Part shown: piece by piece, positions 40,338 to 50,670 of the stretch
Layout: every line of letters starts with the position of its first letter
Numbering within the stretch: position 1 is the first letter of the stretch
Virus record (IMG/VR): IMGVR_UViG_3300028048_002585
Direction: 5' to 3' (one strand)
Length of the DNA stretch: 64,000 nt
Source of the DNA: an uncultured virus (IMG/VR IMGVR_UViG_3300028048_002585)
Lineage: Duplodnaviria; Heunggongvirae; Uroviricota; Caudoviricetes
The notes under the pieces: model-generated
What the model saw: the letters and a program-made list of their open reading frames with translations, nothing else
The model's database searches: none
What the model was told of the DNA's origin: nothing
Position numbers and translations under genes: made by a program

Positions 40338-42560
40338 TTATCCCCCCACATGAAATGTTATCTTTGTATTTACGATACCTATCGTCGCTCCATCCTTCAG
40401 TACAAACCGTGCTTTCGGATCAAGCAGTCGCCCGTTAAGGAGCGTTCCATTAGGTGTCTCATTGTCATAAATGGTAAATATGTTAGGCGATTCCTCAGTA
40501 ATGATTGCATGCTCCCTGCTGACATTTATGTCTTTAGAAACCTGAAGATCAGCATAAATGCTTCTTCCTAACACGAACGGGGTATGGGTTATATCAATTC
40601 TTTTTCCGTCAATTAATAGGTATGGTTTCTGAGCCGGTGCTCTGAGAATACCAGTTGCAGGCTCTGATATAGGAGTTCCCGTGACACTGAGTACATTAGT
40701 ATCCGGTTCGCCTGATACATTCTTAAACATATCTGTTGCAGGCTTTGGATTATAGAATACGAATACTTCTTTCGATATCATGATCTCGTCACCATTACAG
40801 AGTATCGTGGGAGTCTGTCTTGGGATTTCTTCGCCGTTGACAAATGTGCCGTTCGTGGAATCTGTATCAGTTAAGTGATAGATTCCGGAGATTTCGAATA
40901 TCCGGCAGTGCTCCTTACTTACAGAATCATCTTCTATCGGATAATCGCATTTCTTCAGACGGCCTATGACAAAATGATTCTTCATAAGATATATCTTTTC
41001 GCCGGTATTCTTGCGAAGGAGGTATGGCATTGTATCTCCTTCCACCACGGGCTGTATGATTCCCATGCTTGATGCATCACTGCTACTTAATATGTTTTCA
41101 CTCCTGTGATAATGCTGTACATTTTGCCTTACAGGGGCAGGTATCATCTGCGGGCCGTTAACTGTCTGAGGATTTTCTGCGTTCTGAACAGGCATTGCAG
41201 GTTCCTGCGACATATTGCTGTTCTGCGGGTAAGGAACATATCCCTGTGACGGAATGTTCTGTGATACCGGAGACTGCTGTTGAGGCTGTATCTGTGGATG
41301 TACAGATGGATGTACGGACTGCTGCAGCTGCTCAGGTGCTTTCGGCTGATATATGGCGGGATTCGCCTCAAATATGCCGTTATCCACTACTTTTACGGAT
41401 GTATCCGGTTTCTTGTTTACCTTTAGAAGTTTATATAAATAATCTTTGTCATAAACCATTTTAATAGCTATTATCGTGACTAATATTACTATTATTGCCG
41501 CACATATGAGTGCTGTTATGAGTTCATATGGAAATTTTTTAGGTTTTACTGTAAGATTGTCCAGAGCATATTCGAGTTCCTGGGTTGCCAGATCTATCTC
41601 GTTCTGGCCTGCTTCTTCATCTGTTAGGACTTTCCTCGCATTTTCATATGCTGTGTCAAATTTTTCCCTGCTGTCTTCCGTATATTCAATATTGGTATCT
41701 ATTTTCTGTGCAGCATCCGTTGCCGAGTGAAGCTTTGTTCGATCTATAGGTATTATCGGATCGCCTTCATTGAAATTGATTCCCATCTCGTCAAATATCA
41801 TCTTGAGTCCTTCAAGACTTATAGCTGTTCCGTTTTCCTTATCGACTATGAATCCGTATATCTCTCCATAATCATTGATAAGGGCAGAGCTTCTCGTTAT
41901 CGATTGGGAATTATCTGAAAATGTAGTGATGGTTCCGTCGCTCAGCGTAACCCTTACAGGTTGTATGAGAATGTCTTTATTTGAGATATATTCGTCTTTT
42001 GACAGTGTTTCGGGTGAATACCCTGTTGTATATATTATCTCATCGTTCAATTCGTTGCCGGGTGACAGTTTGGGAGCGGATTCTGTTATCTCTTCTTCAG
42101 TTCTTGCAAACATCAGATGATAATCATTGATAGTATAAGGTGTTACTTCTGTCGCCTCTATGACATGGTCACGCCCCATGGCAATATAAACAGATGGGGA
42201 TGTGGAGGTTATATCCAGTCCAAGTGCCTCATATCCCGGTGCCCTGTCGGATGCTATTTCACTGTAATCCGTATATGTAATGTCACATGCCAGTACGGTA
42301 TTATTATTGATTATCACGCCTGGGATGCTTCCCCAGATGTCATATGATCCGTCCTCAAGCTTTACCGCATATAGAATCTGCACGCTTCCGCTGAACTGAA
42401 CGTCTGTCTCATCCAGACTGACTTCCTCTACAGCTTCTTCCATTGTTGTTTCTGTATTCCCTACTTCTTCAGATGTGTTTTCCGTATCATCTGCATAGAC
42501 TTTTATCGGAAAAAACATCATCATGATAATAAAGGTTATTATCATCGCTGTTTTTTTCAT
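40338..42560 (-). CDS. Membrane protein: signal peptide, extracellular domain, TM helix, Q/P-rich linker, two cytoplasmic FHA domains
   Basis: FVIGR...SVSKEHC...STNGTFVNG and FVLGR...VSREHA...TPNGTLLNG. Confidence 0.88.
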   Translation of the reverse strand: MKKTAMIITFIIMMMFFPIKVYADDTENTSEEVGNTETTMEEAVEEVSLDETDVQFSGSVQILYAVKLEDGSYDIWGSIPGVIINNNTVLACDITYTDYSEIASDRAPGYEALGLDITSTSPSVYIAMGRDHVIEATEVTPYTINDYHLMFARTEEEITESAPKLSPGNELNDEIIYTTGYSPETLSKDEYISNKDILIQPVRVTLSDGTITTFSDNSQSITRSSALINDYGEIYGFIVDKENGTAISLEGLKMIFDEMGINFNEGDPIIPIDRTKLHSATDAAQKIDTNIEYTEDSREKFDTAYENARKVLTDEEAGQNEIDLATQELEYALDNLTVKPKKFPYELITALICAAIIVILVTIIAIKMVYDKDYLYKLLKVNKKPDTSVKVVDNGIFEANPAIYQPKAPEQLQQSVHPSVHPQIQPQQQSPVSQNIPSQGYVPYPQNSNMSQEPAMPVQNAENPQTVNGPQMIPAPVRQNVQHYHRSENILSSSDASSMGIIQPVVEGDTMPYLLRKNTGEKIYLMKNHFVIGRLKKCDYPIEDDSVSKEHCRIFEISGIYHLTDTDSTNGTFVNGEEIPRQTPTILCNGDEIMISKEVFVFYNPKPATDMFKNVSGEPDTNVLSVTGTPISEPATGILRAPAQKPYLLIDGKRIDITHTPFVLGRSIYADLQVSKDINVSREHAIITEESPNIFTIYDNETPNGTLLNGRLLDPKARFVLKDGATIGIVNTKITFHVGG

Positions 42561-42699
42561 CTGGTATACCCTCTCATATAAAAAATACTTCTATATATAT
42601 TATGTATAAGAAAAGAACAAAAACGGCAAAAAAGTATTTTTTTATGATAAATGGCAACAAAAAACGCCCGGCAGATGCCGGACGCTGTTCGTTTTTTCG

Positions 42700-43485
42700 T
42701 TATTTTTTAAATGCCTGCAACAGATCGTCTGTATTTAGTCTCTGTATGCAAAAATATTCAGCCTTGTAATTCTTTCCCGAAGTAGAGATTGTCACAATAT
42801 CTATTTTTGTATCTACATCTGTTTTTATATTTACAACAACTCCTACTGTTCCATCGTTCTTTTTATATTTAGAATCTTTAGTTGCACATATTTTTACCAT
42901 GTCTCCAATGTTGAATCCGTATATGGATGTAATCTCTATACATTCATACGGTATTGAAGACTCTGATTCGAAATATGGAATATCTTCATCAGTCGGATCC
43001 CATTTGATAGTTGCTGTCTTTTTCTTCAGAGCCGTAACCTTTCCGGTTCTTTGATCCTGCCAGTTTCTTATATAGCGTGTCTCGGCAAATTTATGCACGA
43101 TTACACTGCTTCCTATCTTCAGCTGTTCAGCAACCTGATCGGGATTTATATCACAGTGAGGCCATATAAGATTCCTGTCCCGGTGCTTCCTGATAGGATT
43201 ATCTCTCGGTACCCAGTCCGGAACAGCTTCTGTTTCTTTATTGTATGTCTCTTCATAAAGAGTGGTTCTACGCTTCAGCTCTTCAGGATCGTAGTTTTTC
43301 GCATCTTTTTCAGCCAGTTCTAAGATATATCTGATGAGGTTGGTTTCTTTGTTGTGCGTTTCAGCATACATCTCGCTCAATGCTTTAAGCCTAGACATTT
43401 CGTTGTTGCGGACTGTCAGATTCAGTGTTCTATAATTCTTTTTTCTGTACCATTTCTGATACTCTCTCGATGGATTCTGTCCCAT
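42700..43485 (-). CDS. hypothetical protein, N-terminal ribbon-helix-helix-like region and C-terminal KOW/SH3-like repeats
   Basis: YRTLNLTVRNNEMSRLKAL...LIRYILE; class B promoter at 43550-43578. Confidence 0.6.
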   Translation of the reverse strand: MGQNPSREYQKWYRKKNYRTLNLTVRNNEMSRLKALSEMYAETHNKETNLIRYILELAEKDAKNYDPEELKRRTTLYEETYNKETEAVPDWVPRDNPIRKHRDRNLIWPHCDINPDQVAEQLKIGSSVIVHKFAETRYIRNWQDQRTGKVTALKKKTATIKWDPTDEDIPYFESESSIPYECIEITSIYGFNIGDMVKICATKDSKYKKNDGTVGVVVNIKTDVDTKIDIVTISTSGKNYKAEYFCIQRLNTDDLLQAFKK

Positions 43486-43679
43486 ATTTTTCTCTGCATT
43501 AAATGCTTTTCCTTCCGTAAATCTGATATATCTTCCCCACTTTGATTTTAGTTTATTTTATATTAACGTATATGTCAATAGAATTTTTCGTCTTTGGTTC
43601 GATTCTTTAGTCGGTTTTTACTCAAAAAAAGACCCCATACTTCCGAAAAGTATGAGGTCAATTTTTTATGGATCAGTGA

Positions 43680-46070
43680 TTATTTTGCATGAGCTTTCAG
43701 CCAATCGGCTGCAGCTGTATCACCTTCGTATCTTGTTCCGTCAGGATCAATGATAGTCGGCGTCTGCATGATGTTCAGCTCGCGTGCTATATCCATGTTC
43801 TGGGTGCAATTTATTTCATTATATCTTACACCAGCGATACGGAATCTCTGCTCCGCTCCCTTGCATCGTGGACAGTGATCTTTTGTGTACATTGTCGGGA
43901 TCACGGTGTCCGACTTAATATCGTTCATTTCGATATCTTTCTGCTTATCTACAGGTTCTGACATAATCTCAGGCTTTTCATGTGTAAGCTTGCTATCAGA
44001 TATATTATAAACCTTTCTGTCCTTAAATTCCTGTTGCTTACCATCATTCCAATTCTGAACCGGGCGGTAATAACCGGTTATACGGCTGTAGACCTCGGTT
44101 TTCTCCTTGCAATGAGGGCAGACAGGCTGCTCACCTATTAAATATCCGTGATTCTTACATACGGAATATGTAGGTGACATTGTATAATATGGAAGCCTGT
44201 AATTTTCCGCAATCTTTCTTACGAGTGTTGCAGCTGACTTCCAGTCAGGAAGCTTTTCTCCAAGGAATGCATGGAATACTGTTCCTGATGTATAAAGTGT
44301 CTGAAGATTATCCTGTACATCAAGTGCCGAGAATATATCCTCTGTATATCCTACAGGAAGATGTGATGAGTTTGTATAATAAGGAGTTCCGTTCATGTTT
44401 GCTGTGATGATATCAGGGAACTCTTCCTTATCATGCTTTGCGAATCTGTATGTCGTAGATTCGGCAGGTGTTGCCTCAAGATTGTAGAGGTCGCCGTACA
44501 TCTCCTGATAATCACTGAGACGCTCTCTCATATGTGTAAGAACTTCTGCAGCGAACTTCTGTGTTTCTTTATTTGTCAGGTCTTTCCTCAGCCACTTGGC
44601 GTTAAGTCCCACCTCGTTCATACCTATAAGTCCGATCGTTGAGAAGTGGTTGTTGAATGTACCCAGATATCTCTTTGTATAAGGATAAAGCCCTGCATCG
44701 AGAAGCTGAGTGATGACTGTACGCTTTGTCTTGAGTGACCTTGCTGAAATATCCATCAGACGGTCTAGCCTCTTATAAAAATCCTCTTCATTTTCTGACT
44801 GATAAGCAATTCTCGGAAGGTTGATGGTTACAACTCCGACAGATCCTGTTGATTCTCCGCTTCCGAAATATCCTCCGGACTTCTTTCTGAGCTCTCTCAG
44901 ATCAAGCCTCAGACGACAGCACATGCTTCTTACATCGCTCGGTTCCATATCGGAATTGATGTAATTTGAGAAGTATGGAATTCCATACTTTGCTGTCATT
45001 TCGAATAGAAGCTTGTTGTTTTCTGTCTCACTCCAATCGAAATCCTTTGTTATTGAATATGTCGGTATCGGATACTGGAATCCACGTCCGTTGGCATCGC
45101 CTTCAATCATGATGTCAAGAAATGCCTTGTTGACCATGTCCATTTCCTTCTGGCAGTCTCCATATGTAAAGTCAACCTGCTTTCCTCCTACCCAGCACTG
45201 CTCGTCTCTCATGTCTCTCGGAACTGTCCAGTCCAGAGTTACGTTAGTGAACGGTGACTGCGTGCCCCATCTTGAAGGTGTATTAACTCCGAAGACGAAG
45301 CTCTGGATACACTGCTTGACTTCTTTCTGTGTCAGGTTGTCCTTCTTTACGAAAGGTGCAAGGTATGTGTCAAACGATGAAAATGCCTGAGCACCTGCCC
45401 ACTCATTCTGCATGATGCCGAGGAAGTTTACCATCTGATTGCAGAGTGTTGAAAGATGTGCCGCAGGAGCGGATGTTATCTTTCCCGGAACTCCGCCAAG
45501 GCCTTCCTGAATAAGCTGTTTGAGTGACCATCCTGCACAATAGCCTGTAAGCATGCTGAGGTCATGGATATGAATAGCTGCACTTCTATGTGCTTCTGCT
45601 ACTTCCGCATCATAAACCTCACTAAGCCAGTAGTTCGCTGTAATTGCTCCAGAATTTGAAAGGATGAGTCCTCCGACGCTGTATGTTACAGTCGAATTTT
45701 CCTTAACGCGCCAATCGTTGATCTTAAGGTAGTCATCAACTACCTTCTTATAGTTAAGGCTCGCTTCTTTTACATTACGAACCTTTTCACGCTGTTTTCT
45801 ATAAAGGATATATGCCTTGGCAACATCTGAATAACCTGCTTCGGAGAGTGTCTTTTCAACGCTGTCCTGTATATCCTCTACGGTTATCGCATTATCCTTG
45901 ATTTTGTTTTCAAAATCACTGGTAACGCGAAGTGCGAGCAGATCGATAACGCTCAGGTGATACGGTTTATCGCATCCTTTAAATGCTTTTTCAATCGCTG
46001 CGCTGATCTTCTTTACATCAAAATCTACTGTAGTGCCGTCTCTTTTAACGACATTGTATAAGTTCTTCAT
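43680..46070 (-). CDS. nrdD: Anaerobic (class III) ribonucleotide reductase with ATP cone and C-terminal glutaredoxin-like domain
   Basis: VVKRDG ATP cone, SMCCRL, TPAES, CxxH/CxxC, YSRITGYYRP glycyl loop, CPRC tail. Confidence 0.95.
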   Translation of the reverse strand: MKNLYNVVKRDGTTVDFDVKKISAAIEKAFKGCDKPYHLSVIDLLALRVTSDFENKIKDNAITVEDIQDSVEKTLSEAGYSDVAKAYILYRKQREKVRNVKEASLNYKKVVDDYLKINDWRVKENSTVTYSVGGLILSNSGAITANYWLSEVYDAEVAEAHRSAAIHIHDLSMLTGYCAGWSLKQLIQEGLGGVPGKITSAPAAHLSTLCNQMVNFLGIMQNEWAGAQAFSSFDTYLAPFVKKDNLTQKEVKQCIQSFVFGVNTPSRWGTQSPFTNVTLDWTVPRDMRDEQCWVGGKQVDFTYGDCQKEMDMVNKAFLDIMIEGDANGRGFQYPIPTYSITKDFDWSETENNKLLFEMTAKYGIPYFSNYINSDMEPSDVRSMCCRLRLDLRELRKKSGGYFGSGESTGSVGVVTINLPRIAYQSENEEDFYKRLDRLMDISARSLKTKRTVITQLLDAGLYPYTKRYLGTFNNHFSTIGLIGMNEVGLNAKWLRKDLTNKETQKFAAEVLTHMRERLSDYQEMYGDLYNLEATPAESTTYRFAKHDKEEFPDIITANMNGTPYYTNSSHLPVGYTEDIFSALDVQDNLQTLYTSGTVFHAFLGEKLPDWKSAATLVRKIAENYRLPYYTMSPTYSVCKNHGYLIGEQPVCPHCKEKTEVYSRITGYYRPVQNWNDGKQQEFKDRKVYNISDSKLTHEKPEIMSEPVDKQKDIEMNDIKSDTVIPTMYTKDHCPRCKGAEQRFRIAGVRYNEINCTQNMDIARELNIMQTPTIIDPDGTRYEGDTAAADWLKAHAK

Positions 46071-47136
46071 AAGCTGTTCCTCCTTTTCTATCGCTTATGT
46101 AGGTGATATAATCTACCACCTTTCTGATATCATCCAGATGCGTTATCATAAACTGTTTTGCATCCGGGCTATCGTGAATAATTTCTGCAAGTTCTTCTCT
46201 TCCCTTCTCTTTTAAGAATTCATCCGGATCCTTGTATGGAGCAGGAAGGATGACTCGGTGTACCTCAAATCCCATATGCTGAAGCATTGGTATGGCTTTT
46301 ATAGAGGCGTTTATACCTGCCTGATCATTGTCCTGCATGATATAAATCTTTGTCTTATTCTTGAGCAGCTGACACTGTTCCGGTGTCAGGGCTGTTCCGA
46401 GAGATGCCACGGCATTGATGAATCCTGCCTGATGCATCTTCAGTACATCCATATAGCCTTCACAGAGTATGTAAGATGTACATTCTGCCGTTTTTGCTAT
46501 ATCGTATCCGAAGAGCAGTTCTCTCTTTCTAAAGATGACCGATTCTGATGAATTAATGTACTTCGGTACATCATCGTTCTTTTCGAGAATCCTTCCACCG
46601 AATGCTACTGTATCTCCGTATGAGTCTTTGATCGGTATCATGAGTCTCTTCCAGAAGACATCTATCGGTTTGTCATCTTTAAGGCGACAGAGCTTTGTTT
46701 CAAAAATATCCTCCTTGTTATGTCCCTGCTTTATCAGGTATTTATACAGTTTGTCACCGTATGAACCTGCATAGCCGAAATCATAATCTTTGAGGCTAAA
46801 CCCTCTGTCTTTAAGATATTGGGCCGCTCTTTTATTCAGGTTATTCTTATAAAATTCTCCTGCGTCGGAAAGAATGGCTTTATATCTCTTCATTTCATCA
46901 GTTTCAGATGGTCTGCCGGGTGATTTTATATCAAGTACCGGAGGCTCTTCCATCTTCAGCTGATGAATAAGATCGTCAATTTTACCACCTCTGCCTTCCC
47001 GGAGGTCGGAATAGGTATTTTTCTCTGTATCGATTATGAGAAGCGGAACTGATGATCTCTGATATGGAAAACGTCCTATAAGGTATTTGCCATGGACCTT
47101 GAATCCGTTTTCCATTAAAAATTTTCTCCAATCCAT
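46045..47136 (-). CDS. dnaG: DnaG-type primase with degenerate zinc-binding domain
   Basis: AFGGR, PKYINS, CEGYMDV, ASLGTA, DNDQAG, KDPDE. Confidence 0.92.
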   Translation of the reverse strand: MDWRKFLMENGFKVHGKYLIGRFPYQRSSVPLLIIDTEKNTYSDLREGRGGKIDDLIHQLKMEEPPVLDIKSPGRPSETDEMKRYKAILSDAGEFYKNNLNKRAAQYLKDRGFSLKDYDFGYAGSYGDKLYKYLIKQGHNKEDIFETKLCRLKDDKPIDVFWKRLMIPIKDSYGDTVAFGGRILEKNDDVPKYINSSESVIFRKRELLFGYDIAKTAECTSYILCEGYMDVLKMHQAGFINAVASLGTALTPEQCQLLKNKTKIYIMQDNDQAGINASIKAIPMLQHMGFEVHRVILPAPYKDPDEFLKEKGREELAEIIHDSPDAKQFMITHLDDIRKVVDYITYISDRKGGTAYEELIQCR

Positions 47137-47161
47137 TTTCTCTTTCTCCTTTCCTAATGAT

Positions 47162-47212
47162 TGTCAATAATTTCATTAATATTATGTATAAATAAATCAG
47201 GTGTTAAAAAAA
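47162..47212 (-). promoter_or_regulatory. Class A promoter with extended leader for dnaG-nrdD
   Basis: T7, core at 47180-47191, TGAAATTATTGACA. Confidence 0.75.
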
Positions 47213-47242
47213 CTGGCATTTTTATGTACTTGTAAGGGTATG

Positions 47243-47296
47243 TGTCTCATATGTCATACATGTCTTATATGTCATATATGTCTCACATATCTCACG
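47243..47296 (+). repeat. Six tandem imperfect 9-bp repeats (TGTCTCATA, TGTCATACA, TGTCTTATA, TGTCATATA, TGTCTCACA, TATCTCACG)
   Basis: Read directly; followed by inverted repeat AAAAACGGAA-ATAAA-TTCCGTTTTT. Confidence 0.85.
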
Positions 47297-47397
47297 TATA
47301 AAAAACGGAAATAAATTCCGTTTTTATAAAATTCAAAAAATCTTACATATTGTTTAGTGTGGAGGTCGCATACATTTATAATCAAAAGGAGATAAAA

Positions 47398-47961
47398 ATG
47401 GTAAAAAAAATTGAATTTTTAAGGATTGTGTATGAAGACATGATAGGATGCGTCAATTATCCTGATCTTGCGCGTTCAATTTATGCGTTGTACACCGGTG
47501 CGAACAAGCAGAAGTTAACTAAGAACGACAAGATGTTTTTGAATGAAGCTATTAAAAACTACATTATGAAGCTGGATGATTGGCCGGTTAACCTAAGGAA
47601 TAACGTGATCATAATTAATGATGATGAGCTAATTGCTCATCTCTCCCAAATGCCTCCCTGTTCTTCAGGCATTGAACTTGCCGATAAATATATTTTTCAT
47701 TTAATTGTCGCGCTTGCTTTCAGAACGAAGATTACACCGGCTATTAAACTTTCTGTTAGGCGTGCGTTAAGTTTGTATAAGGAGTTAGAACTCAACAGCT
47801 CAGCATGTGTTACGGATTTTTTTCCGCATCTAAACGAAAAGACTTATCTTTGCTCAGATATGGTTTATGATGTTTGTAATTTGGCTGTTCTGTTTCACCT
47901 TGGTCGAATTTCTTTGACAAATAAAAAGCATTCCATATCTTATACTGTAGATATCTATTAA
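47398..47961 (+). CDS. hypothetical protein with weak resemblance to the Spo0A C-terminal domain
   Basis: ATG after AAGGAG; IVYED..NYPDLAR and IKLSVRRAL segments. Confidence 0.6.
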   Translation: MVKKIEFLRIVYEDMIGCVNYPDLARSIYALYTGANKQKLTKNDKMFLNEAIKNYIMKLDDWPVNLRNNVIIINDDELIAHLSQMPPCSSGIELADKYIFHLIVALAFRTKITPAIKLSVRRALSLYKELELNSSACVTDFFPHLNEKTYLCSDMVYDVCNLAVLFHLGRISLTNKKHSISYTVDIY

Positions 47962-48043
47962 TTCAAAAGTGCTACCTCCCACGCAATACTCCCCACTCTA
48001 AAAGTGGGGAGTTTCTATTAATATATCAATTTCTTGGCTGACA

Positions 48044-49300
48044 TTATCTGTCTGATTTTTGGCTAAACTCTCTCGACGGACTTTTCTTGGCAGCATCATG
48101 TCTTAAAGCTTCCGTCTTTTCTTTCGCAGCTCTTAACGTAGCGTTTGGATCTATTATTCCTTCTTTTTTGAAGTCGTTCAGATTAAGCTTTTCAGGTGCA
48201 TCATATTTTTCCGCCACTTCAGGGACTGATGACTGTACTTTACTGAGGAATTCGTCCCATTGTCTGTCTGATACGGGCACATTCTCTTCCGGAACTATCT
48301 CGCTGGCAAGGGTTTCTCCTATACCGTATTTAAATGGAGAATCATAGTCCGGCATTTCCCATATCGGTTCATCTATATCTTCATCAACGAGAATCTCTCT
48401 CGGTATTTCTTCGACTGTGGATCTCTGAACACAGCTGTCTGCATATTTTTCCACCTTCATTTCTTCCTGATCAGCTACTTTCATATATTGCTCGGCTGTT
48501 TTCATATAATTTTCTTCAGTCGATTGCAACATCGGAGAGTATTGTATGTCTTTATCTCTGCCAAGACTCCTGTCAATATCATTCTGCAATTGTTCAAGAC
48601 GGGCAATGCGTCTGTCGGATCTTTCTATAAGTCTCTGGTCAATTCCGTCACGCAGGGACGTAAGTACCTTATGATTGAAGTTTTCCAGTCTGAGATGTGA
48701 ATCTGTTATGCATTTCTCTGTATTAAGATATGCTTGGGATATCATATCCTTTGTACTCAATATAAATTGGCTTCCTGCTTTTGCGAAATATTTTGTGATG
48801 TCAGATATTTTCTCTGCAGACTTAGCAATGCATTTCTGTCCTATAGCTATGGCATTTTCCTTTGCATGTATAAATGCGAGCCTCAACTGGTTTCCTAGAG
48901 ACGGATCCTCTCTTCTTATATCTGATTTCAGTTCATTTATCTCATTTCTAATCTCCGCTATGTCTTCTCGTGTACGCTGCAACTCATTCACGAGCCCCTC
49001 GGTAGACTGGGTCAATTCCTGTCTGGCAACCTTGTTTTCGAGATATGTTTGGGCTTTCATGAGTGCTGAATATTTGTTTTCAGCCAAAGCGAGCGAGAGT
49101 TTCATATAATTGATGTTAATCTTCTTTTCGGTCTTCTGAAACTCGTCCTGCGTGTAAAATCCATGGCTGGCCATCCAATTAAATCTGTTAAGGATATTAT
49201 ATGCTTTCTTCTGATATGAATCGGTTATCTGATCATCTTTTATAATCTGTGCTCTTTTGATAGTATCCATTACCTGCTGGGTGTAAAAAATATCATTCAC
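48044..49300 (-). CDS. coiled-coil protein with shared C-terminal tail motif
   Basis: Heptad-rich sequence; overlaps upstream gene. Confidence 0.8.
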   Translation of the reverse strand: MNDIFYTQQVMDTIKRAQIIKDDQITDSYQKKAYNILNRFNWMASHGFYTQDEFQKTEKKININYMKLSLALAENKYSALMKAQTYLENKVARQELTQSTEGLVNELQRTREDIAEIRNEINELKSDIRREDPSLGNQLRLAFIHAKENAIAIGQKCIAKSAEKISDITKYFAKAGSQFILSTKDMISQAYLNTEKCITDSHLRLENFNHKVLTSLRDGIDQRLIERSDRRIARLEQLQNDIDRSLGRDKDIQYSPMLQSTEENYMKTAEQYMKVADQEEMKVEKYADSCVQRSTVEEIPREILVDEDIDEPIWEMPDYDSPFKYGIGETLASEIVPEENVPVSDRQWDEFLSKVQSSVPEVAEKYDAPEKLNLNDFKKEGIIDPNATLRAAKEKTEALRHDAAKKSPSREFSQKSDR

Positions 49301-50567
49301 GGCTGTTATCCTCCCTGTCTTCCTTAATATGATTTTCCTGTGATCTGTTTGCCTGGCTTTTTTCTTTTGCCTCTTTTAATGCCTGTTTCGGGTCTATCAG
49401 TTTGTCTTTATCTGATTCTTTCTTTGAAGGAATGCTGTGATCGGCATACTGTCTCTCTTCAATGACCGAACTCAGCTCGGCTCTGTATTCTTTTTCGTAT
49501 AATGTGCCACTGTAAATACGTTGTTCTAGTTTCATCAGGTTTTCGACCATCTGGTCCGATACCTTTGGGTTCTTTACCATTGCCACGATATCCTCATATG
49601 ACGGATATTTGTCTATATATCTGTATATGGTATTGATTGTTTTTGCATAGATATTCGGATGAGAGGATGTTTCTCTCAAGATATTGAATGCGATTTTTTT
49701 AGGGCCTTCATATCTTTCTACGGTATCGATGACTTTTGTTGCATTATCAACGAGTCTATCCAGTCTTTTTCCCGATGTCCGGGGATCCTGTGCTTCTTTC
49801 AGATATAGCATCAACTGTGCTTCCTGAGATATTGTGTGACTTTTATCTTTAAGAAGTGACTCAAGTATTTCATTTGAAATATTCGGGTTTAAAAGAACTG
49901 CCTCTCTTACAGATTTACTGCTGTCTTTCGACAGTCTTTTTAAATCGTCTTCTGGACATCTCTCATTTTTTGCCACAAATCTTCTGACATCCGAACTTTT
50001 GTTCTGTGATGCCTTTCTGAACATTTCTGTATTTGAGATTGGATTGGTCAAGACACGCCTGATCAGTTCATCCTTTCTAGCGCTGTTATATTCACTGAGA
50101 TGTTCCCATTGCTCATTATTAAGGCATCTTTCAAATATTGCTTCGAGTATTGCCGGATTTTCTGTCGTTTCAGACAGATTCATTAATTTTTCCGGCAGCA
50201 TGCGTTCGGTTTTTATTATCTCCAACAGAACATCTTTCGGTGTATTCTTATTTCTTATAAGTCCTTCTATAACATCTGTATATGCATTATGAGTGTATTC
50301 GGGGTCCTCATATATTTTTTCCAGTACCTCCGAAGGAGTATAAGGACTGTTAAGGATATGCTTTGCGTAATTCCCGAATTCGTCCTGCCTGAGATACTCT
50401 TCATACAGTTTGCTCGGTGTTTCAAGGCAGCTTAAAAAAGCTTTCTGTAGATCATATTTTCCAAATTTTGTATCTTTTTCAATTGATTTTAAGATGCTTC
50501 TCAATTCTTCTTCTGAAAGAACGTCGAAAACACTGCGAACTGAACCTTTTTCCATATTTGAACACAT
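49293..50567 (-). CDS. LRV/HEAT-like repeat protein with shared C-terminal tail motif
   Basis: Repeats NxxTPxEVLxxI and DVRRFVAKNERCPEDDLKRLSKD. Confidence 0.8.
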   Translation of the reverse strand: MCSNMEKGSVRSVFDVLSEEELRSILKSIEKDTKFGKYDLQKAFLSCLETPSKLYEEYLRQDEFGNYAKHILNSPYTPSEVLEKIYEDPEYTHNAYTDVIEGLIRNKNTPKDVLLEIIKTERMLPEKLMNLSETTENPAILEAIFERCLNNEQWEHLSEYNSARKDELIRRVLTNPISNTEMFRKASQNKSSDVRRFVAKNERCPEDDLKRLSKDSSKSVREAVLLNPNISNEILESLLKDKSHTISQEAQLMLYLKEAQDPRTSGKRLDRLVDNATKVIDTVERYEGPKKIAFNILRETSSHPNIYAKTINTIYRYIDKYPSYEDIVAMVKNPKVSDQMVENLMKLEQRIYSGTLYEKEYRAELSSVIEERQYADHSIPSKKESDKDKLIDPKQALKEAKEKSQANRSQENHIKEDREDNSRE

Positions 50568-50601
50568 CCTTTCGTGATAGATTTTGAATTATATTCAAAT
50601 A

Positions 50602-50670
50602 TATTATGTATAAATTTGGATTGCATAAAAAAAGAGCCTGTACAAATCAATGTACAGACTCGATTTTTTA
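50602..50670 (-). promoter_or_regulatory. dnaE terminator plus class A promoter module
   Basis: GAGTCTGTACA..TGTACAGGCTC-T7; core at 50602-50613. Confidence 0.75.

Noticed and set aside
9662..47176. N-terminal MKLLT/MNLLT peptide shared by several ORF-track proteins
   Set aside because: It is the translation of the conserved promoter leader ATGAAATTATTGAC. It is in frame in only about half the copies, and strong RBSs point to downstream starts.
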